In this document: positions 30,050 through 41,300 of the stretch, in pieces
How positions within the stretch are numbered: position 1 is the stretch's first letter
Layout: every line of letters starts with the position of its first letter
Origin: Raillietiella orientalis
Taxonomy: Eukaryota
Length of the DNA: 64,000 bases
NCBI GenBank assembly: GCA_036172245.1
Contig: JAYWIR010000038.1
Coordinates: 434,001-498,000, forward strand
Direction of reading: 5' to 3'
The notes under the pieces: model-generated
The model's input: only the letters and a program-made list of their open reading frames with translations
Told to the model about the DNA's origin: nothing
Database searches by the model: none
Position numbers and translations under genes: made by a program

Positions 30050-32500
30050 GATGCACCGGAAGAAAGGTCATAGCGCACGAAGAGGCGCCTCATCACGTCC
30101 CTGGGATTATCCGTCGGAGAACCAAGGGCCGCTGCGTAACGCGACCGCAGGGGCGGAGGGCGACACAGTCTAGGAGCAGCTGCAACAGTTGGGGTTCACT
30201 GTCCCCCGGGTCTAGTGAGAGCTGAGGGCGTTGCGTGGGAGGCCCAGTGCAACGGGAAAGTGTCCACTCCTGCCACTTCCGGGGGAGGACTCGGCTGTTC
30301 TTCAGCGCTGGGGGCCACTCGAGATCCTCCTGTGGGATACTCAGGAGCTCACCCCAGCACAATGGTCCTTTCGATGGGGCACTGGGGGTCGCAGCGTCCA
30401 ACCACCTAGTTTTCTCGTCTTCTGACTGATTTCGCAGCTGACCTCCCATTTGACCGGCTGGTTACTGCCCAAGTGCTCCCTGAGGGAGGTCAGTGCCACG
30501 ACTAGGGGGGTTCTGTGCCTCCACGCACACGTGGTGGGTTGCTGCACGATGACGTCCTGCAGCGAACGGTTGTTGTAGAAGGAATGCCGCAGTCGTTGCC
30601 GCATCTCCAGACTCTCTTTGCTCATCTTGGTCCACGTGCGCATGGTTTCCTGCAATCAGGCGCTACCGTTCGCAGGCCGGAGGGAGATTCGGTCAGCTTG
30701 ACCACCCGCCGGAGCTCCAGTCCGCAGCGGGACACGTTGTGTCTGCGCTGCCTCTCCAGGAACGCAGACAGTCCCACGTAGCCGGTGGCTCGTTTGACCA
30801 GGTATCGTGCAGCTTCACACCAGCTGGTGCTCCACGTACTCGCCACTTGGGCGAATGTTGGTGCGTTCTGGTGGTGCCGTTAGCCAGTTGCACGTTTTTT
30901 AGAGGGTTTGAAAGTCGCTTTCGCTTCTTCGGCACCGGAGTGCACACCACGCTACTTGGTTTCATGGTTTTTGCATTTAAGGTCGTGCAGAAACTGTCCA
31001 CACGATCCTTCTGACGCAGAGGATCTTTCGTCTTGCAAGGGGTGAACGCGATCTGAGATGCGCAGCGGGTTGAACTTTAGGGTGAGCTTTGCCACGGAAG
31101 GAGCAGTTTATGCCCTTAGCGTTTTGTGGATGGCACTCGTGATTTTCGGCAGAATCTTCGGTGAGATTTCGTTCTCCAATGAAGTTCTTCCGCTCTGAGA
31201 GTCCGTGAAAGCTTGAGGTAGCGGCCAGCACGCGCAGGGCCCACCGAAATGCCGCTTCTGTCGATCAGTTTCGTGCGCGCAGGGACACGCCCGCGAATCA
31301 CCCACGAAGTGCAAGGGTTCCATGGACAGGACACAGGTCAAAGCACTCTCTTTTCCTTGTACTCCGGATATCTCCCTTTGGCTTCCAGCATGGAGTCGGA
31401 CTTCTGTGGTCACAGCTGTTCTTTGCTGATGAGTGACGATGACTAGGGTCTCTAAGCTCTGAAGTGTCTCTGCAAGAGCTCGGTTTCTGTTCAGGAGTTT
31501 CCCAGGATGGAATCAAATCTGTCGGAGGCCCACCGATTCTTGCAAGAAAGAGGAGAGCCCCGGGCTGCAACGAAAACGAGCAATGAATTACAAGCGACAC
31601 CGGAAGCATTTCGATTTCCGTTTCGAAAGGAGGCAGCGGCAGCAATCCTTTCCCAACACCTCTCTTTGAAATCGCAGGACAGAGTGAGGCTCGCCTTCAG
31701 AGCGAGGAGGTGGTGGGCGTGACGGGGTAGGGGTGGGGGGAAAATCCCAGGAGCCTATTCGCAGCACGCCCCAACCGTTGCGAGAAGAGAGCAATGGCCT
31801 GCTGCGACAGCCAGTTCGACTCCTTGGAAACGCGCCGGTCTCATCAGCGTACATCCCATACGAAACGGTGTGGCAACCGGATTTGAGGATACGATGTGGG
31901 GGACTTGGGGAGGAGCTGTTTCGGAAAATGGGCTGCGTGCAACGACAACAGGTCGTCCCGCGTGCGGGTGGCGCGTTTCCGTGAGCCTCATCTTTCCGTG
32001 GAATCAAGCAGCATGGGAACGAGGACAAGAGCGACTCGTTTCGGAGTATGCACAGTGGTGAAGAGTGGTGGCGAGGCTCGGGCCATCATCATCTCCCCGT
32101 AGAAGACTTCCCATGCGGAAATGAAGAAACAAAGAATATTCCGCTCCGAGACTTAAGCACGCGATGAACGACCGTTTTGGTCCCTGGGACAACACGTAAA
32201 AGCAAGAAACGCTGGCTGCGACACTTCCAAGAAGAGAATCGGCGGCGGCCCGAAAGCTCTCTGTTAGCAGACCGGAAATAGAAGGATTTTCGAGTTTCCT
32301 GAAAAATAAAACTGGGAACACTCGTGACGGCTTCCTTTCCTTTCTCCCCTGTTTCTACCCCGGATGGCAGCCCTAGTAAGCGGTGTGAGGGAAGGGAATA
32401 TCCTGCAAGGAAACTTGTCCGCAAATTGCGTTCCCGTAGAGTTGTCCCGTGGGGCTTCTAGGAACCGAGTGGGGCGATGGCTCGGTCGGACTACGCTGCC
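30050..32500 (-). mobile_element. Decayed Tx1/L1-clade LINE ORF2 (RT plus C-terminal zinc-knuckle region)
   Basis: 31854-31837 reads MYADET (degenerate YADD); 3' part reads LPRKWQEWT and LLLDCVALRP (zf-RVT-like); homologous to the copy at 33000-34480. Confidence 0.65.
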
Positions 32501-32999
32501 CGCCAAGGTGTAGCCATTTGAGCAACACCGTTCCAGACGTTGCGTGTTTATAAGTGCACGTTCTTTTCCTGCGACTTTCGGCTGAACGCAAGGGCACCTT
32601 CAGTAAGGTACTTCTTTTTTCGGAGCATGCCTTTTTTTTTTTTTTTTAAAAAAAAAAAAAGGGCAGTAGCGACCTCACGGGGAGATGCTACTTTTGGCCT
32701 AGGATGATTATCAGCCGGTTGTGCCGGGCATTTATTACGTAGAGTAATGAAGTCGCATTGGTGTGGTGAGTGCAGTGAAGAGCCTGCCGAAGAGCGGTGC
32801 GCAGGCCGGCGAGGTCCGCTTCGGCAGCGTGGGGGAAGGGGAAAACAAAAACACACACAAAAAAATCAACATGCAAAAACAGAGGAGGGGGAATTCTACA
32901 CGGGGAGGGGGGGGGGGGACCACAGTGCGCCTCCAGAAGTCCTTTGCATCCTGCACTAGATGCAAAGTTAGGTAAGTTCCGTTCGCGTCTCACCCAGGT

Positions 33000-34480
33000 G
33001 AGACCATCTCGAGGCAGTCCTCAGGAAGATCCGTACTCAGTAGATGGCCTCTTCTGGCGTTTCCGACCGCCGCGATCCTGCGAAGACAGGAGGAGGGAAC
33101 TGCAAGGGACGCGTCCGGCGGCAGAGCGGCACCACGCGCGAAGACGCATCTGAAAATGCCCCTGAGACCTCCCGTCAGGATTGCTAGGATCGTCGCGAGG
33201 CGATCCCAAAGGGGTCGGAGGGCAGCACTGTCTGGCAGCAAGTGCGAGAGGATCTCTTTCTTCCCGCACCTGTCGCACTGAGCGCCCACTCTCCTCCCCG
33301 TGTCCAGTGGTGAAGGCGTTCTTTGCACGGGATTTCCCCATGCACCACCAGCAACGCCGACTCCTGCTGCTTGAGGGTGAGTGCGCCACTGCTCCAGCAC
33401 GCTGGAGGCCGCTTCACCTTCTCCGGAGGGATGTCGAGCAGCTCTCCCCAGTCCGTAGAAGTCCGTGGGGTGGGACACTCGGGGTCTCAGCGTCCCTGAA
33501 CTCCCGAGTTGTCCACGTCCCCAGAGGTTTCGTCTTTTCAGCAAGTCACTTCCCACCTCGCCGGGATAACTCTGTCTCTTTCTTTCCTAAGAGAGGGCAG
33601 CACCGTTGCAAGGGGGTAGACGAGGCCCACCGCATCTTCTGCGGGTTGTGCATGATCTCCTCCGACTTGCGAGCTCTGATAACTCGCTGCAGGCAGCCGC
33701 ACCCCACCTCACCGTGGATCTTCTCCCAGGCGAAGACCGACTCCTGGAGCCAGGTTGCAGTGCAGTTCGTGGGGAGACAGGAGATCCAGGCGTTCTCCTC
33801 CACCAGGGCGACCATCTGGCGGAGTTGGCATCCGGCCTAAAATGGATGATGGAAATGCTTGGGCTTTTTCTGTTTCCGCTGCTTTCCTTACAGCTTTTTG
33901 GGATGGATGGGGTGGGGTTTCTTTTTCCTTGATTCTCTGAGTGCTGAAGAACCGTCCGCTTCCTTAGAGAGGGGGCTTACGAAGCTCTCCAACACCGTCC
34001 ACGCCACCCGAGGTAGCGTGTGACCCTTCAAGTTAAGGGATGATCCCGGAGGGACCGCCCTATGAATCCAGGAAGGCTCCGGAGAAAAGAGTCCGCTCCT
34101 CTTACGCTTGGGAGGGATCCCTGAGGGGAACCGCCTAGTCCTTGTTCTTTCCGAAATGATCCCCAGAAGGAGCCATCCTCTTATTTTTTCTCCAGAGGGA
34201 GCGCGGAAAAGATTCGCTCCCTGTTTCCTCCTCTGGAGATTACCCCGAAGGGACGCTATCAATTTTCTGTGAAGGGCGCTCCCGTAAGGGAGCAGCGCAC
34301 TTCTTGCATTCTCTCCAAGGGGGGGAGGTACCAACCAGCTCCATAGTGCGCTTTTTCTTCGCCACCGGAGGGACCATCATCCCAAAGGAAACCGGCTCGT
34401 TGATGTCCTGGAAGGACCTTGGAGAGTCAATTTCCAATTCCGGCCAGTCAACGGGGACATCCTCCGCATCCGAAGTCAAC
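33000..34480 (-). mobile_element. Decayed Tx1/L1-clade LINE ORF2 3' part
   Basis: LKQQESALLVVHGEIPCKERLHHW followed by CDRCGKKEILSHLLPDSAALRPLWDRL (about 33280-33200), the L1/Tx1 CCHC knuckle with the last Cys lost. Confidence 0.7.
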
Positions 34481-34575
34481 CGAGAGGTCAGCCAGCGTCA
34501 CCCTGCGAGGGGGGGGGGGGGGGGAGAATTCGAAACCCACGATGCATCCTCCCATTCTCGCTTGGCGTCGGCCCT

Positions 34576-34655
34576 TCCCCGAGCAGGATTCGAACCCGCG
34601 ACGCCTGGTGCCCCGCGCTCAGAGGTCGCAGCAGCCACGCTGCCACCGACGCGCG
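34576..34655 (-). other. tRNA-like Pol III element (pseudo-tRNA or SINE head)
   Basis: A-box-like TGGCAGCGTGG (34645-34635) and T-arm GCGGG-TTCGAAT-CCTGC with a perfect B box; acceptor and anticodon stems do not pair convincingly. Confidence 0.55.
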
Positions 34656-36229
34656 GGCGTGTCTTCGGACACGGCATTTATCGCTTCCGTGCTTTGCTTT
34701 CTCGAGCTGGGGACCTCAAATTGGGAGGTGCGACTGTCAACCCGGATGTGGGGAAAGCAAAAAGGCATTATGATTACAGGTCATCAAATTGGAAACCAAG
34801 CTTGTCGGCGAGCGAATTGCCTCTGGCAACGCGGTTTCGAGCTTGAATTAACGGTGCGAAGTTTGATTTGGCTCTTCCTTTGATTCCTGAAATGAGGGAA
34901 TCCAAGTCGGCCTGTTGGGCGAAAACGGTATTTGGAGTGACAGTAAAATCCATCCTTGGTCATCGCTGGCCACCTGGCGGTCACTGAAACCGCCGCGAAG
35001 GAAAGTCATTTTGTTTGGAATCCGCCCCGAAGTTCCTTTGACTCGTTTCCCTTCTGTGAACCTTTTGTCACCGTAAGCGATTTGCCGGGTCAACGCTTCC
35101 TGCTTCATCTTGCATCCTGTCTTGGTGCTTGCCGTCCTCTCGCCTCAAAGAGACTGTACATCATCACAGTTCACGATACAATGGGTAGAAATTCCATCGT
35201 GTCTTTGAAGGTGGACCTATTCGAGTCTGAAGGAGACATGAGATTACTGAACACTGGCAACAAGACCTGCATGACCAGAGGAAGAGTTGAGCGACCACCC
35301 ATACAGGTACACCTTCAGCGATGAAGCAGAGAGGCAGAAACAAAAACCGGAACTACGTTATCATCACCACTAATCGTGATGAGCGGTAAGTGCTGAAAAG
35401 CGAAGCAGGCCTCGCATTGCTTCTTTTCTTCTTCTTTTTCAACTGCCGAAGGTGCCTGATGGCAACTGCAATGCTTGTCTGACAATCTTTTGCACACACC
35501 CAAGTCTCGCAACCGTTTTTCATAGTGATGTGATGATCTCATCTTCAGCAATTCCACCATCTTTTAAAAGGCTCGACCGAACAATCCGCCCGCCTTTCGC
35601 ACCCGTAGGAAAATTTCCCAGCAAAGTCCTTGAACTTCTCTCGTTGTTTGCAAGATGGGTTGTTCCTGAAAACACGTCCGTGCAATTTGTCTGGCTCCGC
35701 ATCTGTTCATCGCGCTTTGTCTTGCTGCCTCCGGACGACGACAGGACGACTTCCTTTCAGAGTGCCTTCACCTCAACGCTGGGCCCGGTTTCCTCCGCTG
35801 CCCGTTTCGCTTGGATGTCGGTTCATCGCAAACCCCGGGATTCAGCAAGGCAATCGCCGCCATTAGACTTCCAGTAATGATGGCAATTCCATCTCGGAAG
35901 TTTAGAAGGGTGGGAAGACGTCCTGGATGCAGTCAAGAGCTATGCGATGAGAAAGATGGGCGACCCTATCGTGCTCTCGAAGGATCTGCTTCCCTTTCCA
36001 GTTCCGGCTCGACCAACTGCGACACAGATTCCAGGTTTCTTATTGCTTAGATTTACAATTGCACAACAAGTTACAGGGGGGCTCTTGGCATTCCTCCAAA
36101 ACTCCTCCTCTGTTCATCTGGGGCGCTCGTCACTCCTCAGCATGTCGCTTCCTCGGTTTCCTGCTCCTCCTCTCGAGAGAGCTGACTTCTGGGGTTCTCC
36201 TGCTGCATCCGCTTGTCGGTCCTCCTTGT

Positions 36230-38330
36230 GTAGTGGGCCGCATAGATGGCTCTTGAGTACCGGATGCACGAAGCCACCATCCGATGCCTCATCTTCTCCT
36301 AGTGCTTCTTAGGGATTCCAAGATCTTGGAGCACTTCGCTTCCTAGATCCCAGAATCCCAGATAGCCAACGATGAGAGCATGAGCTCTGCCTTGCTTCTC
36401 CCCCCCCCGCATAGCTGGAGGGCCATTTCCTAGTACTTTTTCCGTTTTCTCCTCCTAGATGCGCTGCACTGAACGCTTCTCCACCCTCGTACGGGAAACA
36501 GACGTCCAGCACTATGAACAGTTTCATTTCTTCATTACAAAGTCCTGTCTTAAGAGGGAATTCGTTCCTGGTTCCTGGTAGATCTGCTTCCCTTTCCAGT
36601 TCGATCTCGATCCACTGCGTCAGATTCCAGGTTTCCAGATACACATTCCAGATACATTTGTGTGTTTCGCCCTTGTTTAGATGTTTCGTGTACTGTGCAG
36701 AGGACCCACAGAAGCTGCCATGGATGTGGCGCGTATCGTTACCACGCCACCCAATGCAACTGAAGGGGTGGAATTTCACCTCAAGCGTTGCGACCGTTTT
36801 CGCATTTGAGCTTCTATACGCTACGCGTCCTCTTCCAACGGTCCCCTGCCTTTCTCCAACTTTGGGACTTTTTCTTTCTGCGTGCCTTTCTGTAAGAGAT
36901 ATCTCTGATTTGAAGATCCCGCCGCGAGTTCTGGAGGTTTCGAAGTTACGTGCATTTGGTGATATGTTCTCCTCTCCAGCGGTGGAGCGGATGGCGGGTG
37001 TGGTGGAAACAAATCTGCGGACGATGAGCAGGAGAATTAGAATCTTCGAGGCACTCTTCAGAAATGCTTCCTTGGACTCTCTTCCCTCCTTTGTTAACAC
37101 GCAAACCACTGATGATGATTTTCACCTCTTCCGTGCTTGCTCTCAACTTCAAAATTTCGATGACTTCAGACTGTTTTGATTTTTTCCAACACTGAATGTC
37201 TCAATGGAAATTTTATCAGGTTCTCAGTTTTTCATGATGTCCTTCTTTCTCATTTATTTATTTGTTTTTATCATTTCTTACATCCCGATAGTTCGTCGGA
37301 TGAATTGGGTTGCTGTGAAGAACTTCCGAGGTCTTTGAGCTGTCTGTGATCCGATGAGGAACGTCGGTCCAGGGAGTTCCCTTAAAATGCGGGTGCGCCT
37401 TTGACACATGACCGTCACCACCGATCCCTCGGCCGACCACCATCTTTCCAGGCAACTTCCAGAAGCAACATGCGGCCTCCCTGGAGATTGGGGCTCCCTA
37501 TGACCAAAACTGACTTGTTGTCTTGTTCGCTTGCTTGAGCCAGGAGACGCGGAGACGCGGCGTTGGAATTTCGGAAGAAGGCGGCGACGATCGCCAACGC
37601 TGTCGGCCTGCAGGCGTTTCGATGTGTCGGAAGAGAAGCGGAAAAGGAAACCATCACGAATACGTGGGAGCTTCCAGAGATTCAGGGGTTCGAGTCACAA
37701 AATTCTGTGCCTCCATGCAATCACAAAGGACAAGAGGATGATGTGCTTCCTCTGCTCACGAAACCAGCAGGGACAAGGCGAGGGAAGCAGGAAGTTTTGC
37801 AATCTGGGAGAAGCGAAAAGCCATCCGTGTAAATCCTCCGGGAAAATTGCTGCTAGATCAGCGATCGGTTAATTTTCCCATCTCGCTCCTCTCCAGCTGC
37901 TGCAAAGCTCAAATTCCGGAAAATAAATGATTCCTCCTGATGCTGAGTGGGAAGCAGCAGACGCCTTCAAGCCACAGCAATGCTGAGCCACGAGATGCAA
38001 GTCAGAGGGATCCGGTATTAGGAAAGTGGACGACCGATCGGTCAGAGCGACGAGGATGCTCGGTTCCTGAAAGAAAGGAACAAAGGGCATCCCCTTTGTT
38101 CCTTTGTACTGGTGCACTCCGGTCCAGATGCAAGCCTCGGGCATGAATCTTCCTCTTTTGGACCCGATGAGCGGAGGTCTGTGCAGCAGCTCCTCTGCCC
38201 GTGTCTGACGGGCAAAGGAAACGAGCGAAACGCCTCTCCCGCCAGATTTATTGCTCAAAGAACTATGATGCGTGGAAGGAAGCGGGTCGGGTGAGATGCG
38301 GTCTCCCGGTCCGCCCCCCTCCACTTCCGG
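36230..38330 (-). mobile_element. Decayed RLE-type non-LTR retrotransposon (NeSL/Utopia-like)
   Basis: C-terminus reads FIVLDVCFPYEGGEAFSAA then HALIVGYLGFWDLGSEVLQDLGIPKKH*EKMRHRMVASCIRYSRAIYAAHYT, matching the restriction-like endonuclease tail of NeSL/Utopia elements; upstream KRGRFMPEAC resembles RT QKGFMP. Confidence 0.75.
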
Positions 38331-38362
38331 CTGCGAACCGCCGGAAGGTCCCCTTCTGCTCG

Positions 38363-41300
38363 CTACATGCACTCTTGGATGGGACAGTAGTCGAACTTTC
38401 TGCAGCATGCTTCGGAAGACTCCAGTGCCAGTGAGCAGAGCTCCTTCACCACCATACAGAAGGAGAATAAGAACGATTCCCTGCTGATGGTCTCGTTCGA
38501 GGGATGCCGCGCTTCGAAGATTATCGGAGCGCGGAGCGCCTCTTGGTTGACTCCGGTTATGTTCGACAGGGGGACGTAATTGCCGATCAGCCGCGAAAGA
38601 TCTCCGAAGTTCGAGTCCGTGTTGTTCAGCTCGAGGACCAGGTCGGTTCCGTTGACGTTCAGGACAACCGTGTTGTTGTCCAGAAAGTTGGTCTCATTCA
38701 ACTTCTCCAGCTGCACCCTGAGGGCAGACACGCCGTAAGAATCACTCCGCGGGACGGGGAGCGATCCGGGTTCCTTTCGGGAGAAGGACGGGAAAAGCGA
38801 GAGCGGGGGAAACGGGGAGGGGTGAAACCAGTGGCAAGGAGAGGTTCCCGCGTCTCTGAGGACGGCACGCATGCGCGCAGCTGATTGGTTTTCAAGAAGA
38901 GTGCGTGCGCAAGAGCTGGGGAGGGTGCAAGAAAAAAAATTGGCTGCTGCTTACTGCAAGTCCGCTGCCGCCACACGGCTGGTTTCATTCGCGTACACCT
39001 GCGTACCGTTGATGATGTAGATGTTGACCGTTTGGTAGTCCCCAGCAAAGCGCCGTCGATCATATGGCGGGTAGTTATCCCAGTCGAAGGGAGACCCTAC
39101 TCTCCTGAGGACTTTCATGGCCAGATAGGTGCCTCCGGCAGCAAGTAGAGCGTTTCTGACCGTGTGCTTGCCTCCGAAGAGAGATCCAAGGGGGCCTCTG
39201 CTCACTGGAAACGATAGCAGCCTCAGGAGAGAGGAGGTGGAACAAGAAAAGAGGCGCAGCATCCACCGATGCCACGACAGGCTCATCGCTGAAGAGCGGA
39301 AACGAGGGACCCGCAGCTGCGGGAAGATTCCTGCGTATTAAGCTAGACTCAGCAGGCGGTCCAGAGACGCGGCGAGCCTGGGTTCCTGGCAGCCGGCAAT
39401 CGACCGCGGCTGTTCGTTTTCCGGTCTTGGTTTTGAACTTGCAAAGAAATGACCCCGCCATCGGCGAAATCGGGGAAGACCGGGCATTCGAGCTCGAAGG
39501 GAAGAGAATCGTTTGTTTGCATCTTTCGGGTTGAAAGGGCAGCACAATTCTGTACTGGTCCAGGAAAGAACAGCCGTCTTCGTGGAAAAACTGCAGCGTT
39601 CTCCTGGGCGCTCTTCAATGATGAACGGTCCAGGACGGAATGCTGCATCTACGATCGAACAGACTCGATCCTGCGACCATCGGACCCTCTGGAGACGACG
39701 ACCTACTGACTACTTGTGCTTGAGTCCAAAGATTCCTCAATCTGCGTCGGCAGATGGTGAGGCGCCGAGGATGGCCGTCAAGAAGACTGGTTTTCGAACG
39801 CACGAGGGTTCCTTCCTTATCGTTCGTCGACGCAAAATCGCTGAACTTGGCGACCGGGAGCACGTCTTCCCTCCTCTCTTTTCCCGCCATCGCGATGCAA
39901 TCTCGAGAAGACTGCGCCGGGGAAACATTCCCAGGTGCGCGCAACGAGCGTCGCAATGGCGAAGCTGCTCCCGGACACCCGCGACACGCACGACAACCCG
40001 CGGGATGATTGAAATTTCGTGCACGAAACAGCATGGCGAGACGGCAAAGAGGAATCCAGGCGACCTGGGTCGACGTCCGAGTCGCAAGAGCTGTGCGTTG
40101 GCCATCGGGGAAAATATCGACCCAGCCGCTGTGCATTCGCGCGCACCCGGCCTCCCTTCTGGAAGGGGAAATCGACCCTGCTCCAGCGGGCAGAGAGAGC
40201 TCGAATTATTCATGCATAGGATGCTGGCGACATCTCGTTCGCGGTGACGCAGGCAGGAAATCTTCATGACCTTGAACTTGCACGCGTGAGAGGGGGAACC
40301 CCATTTCTCAGGGTTTCAGTGCATCCTCCTTGGGCGGCCGCCATGCGTATCTTCCGATGGTGGTGGGAACAAGTCGGGAACAAAGGGCTTCCGCGCTTTC
40401 GAGTTCCTCGGAGGCACGGAGCAGCCGAGATCCCATCCCCACGGTATGGTTCCCACGATTCGCGCAAGAAATTTCGAGCTGCGAACGAGGAGGAGGAGCC
40501 TCAAAATGAGCCGATGACCGACCCCGAGCAACGGCCGGGACCCTTTCCACCAACAGAAGAGGACGTTCGAAATGGACAATGCTCTTGTCGAGGGGGAGCG
40601 AAGGGAAAGGAGAGCGCACAACCATTCAGAGAGCTCCTCGTCACGTAGGTTTCCGCTCCCAGACCTTCCACTACAGAGAATTTCGGAGAGATGCCTTCAT
40701 GTCCTGCTTCTGTGACGAGCCTTGGACATTTCCGAGGTCTCGGAAATGTCCAAGTCTGTCTTTGGGGAAAGAAGGGGGGGGGGAGATAAATTTCGAGTGG
40801 ATTTCCAAGAGTCCGTTGCTAATTGTCTCGCATGACACGGTCCTTCAACGCAGTCCATTCTTTTTGGACTCCGACAGTTCAAGGAGGCAAACCGCCCAAA
40901 ATCCAAGAACACGCAAGCGAGCTGAAAGGCAGAAAACTCTCTGGAAGGTTTCAAAAAGAAGAAGCTGAGCCGAAACGGAAGCCTCGAACCTTCGATCTTT
41001 GCCTGCATCTCCGACGGTGATGCCTTTCCTTGCTGATTCCATGACATCCTTGCTGCTAAGCTGCGAGTCTGGCCTAAAAAGTCTTCACGGTCGTCATGCA
41101 TTTCATTCCGGCCTTCCTGATCTCCGCTCGAAAGTTTTTGCTTTTTTTTTTTTTTTTTTTTTGCCAAACCGGATGAGAAAGTCATTCAGATGAATCATTC
41201 GGATGCTGATTAACTCGTTTCTCCTTCGATGCTTTCGGAAAGACGCCGCTTTTCCGGAGGTGGTGGGTTATCCTGCCCGATAGCAGAAAGGAACGGGCGA

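Noticed and set aside
34576..34655. Functional tRNA gene
   Set aside because: Only the T-arm and box motifs are good; a full cloverleaf cannot be drawn.
35900..36300. U2 snRNA or SL1 target next to the NeSL/Utopia-like element
   Set aside because: I could not see U2 (TGTAGTATCTGTTCTT) or SL1 (GGTTTAATTACCCAAG) sequence at its 3' flank.
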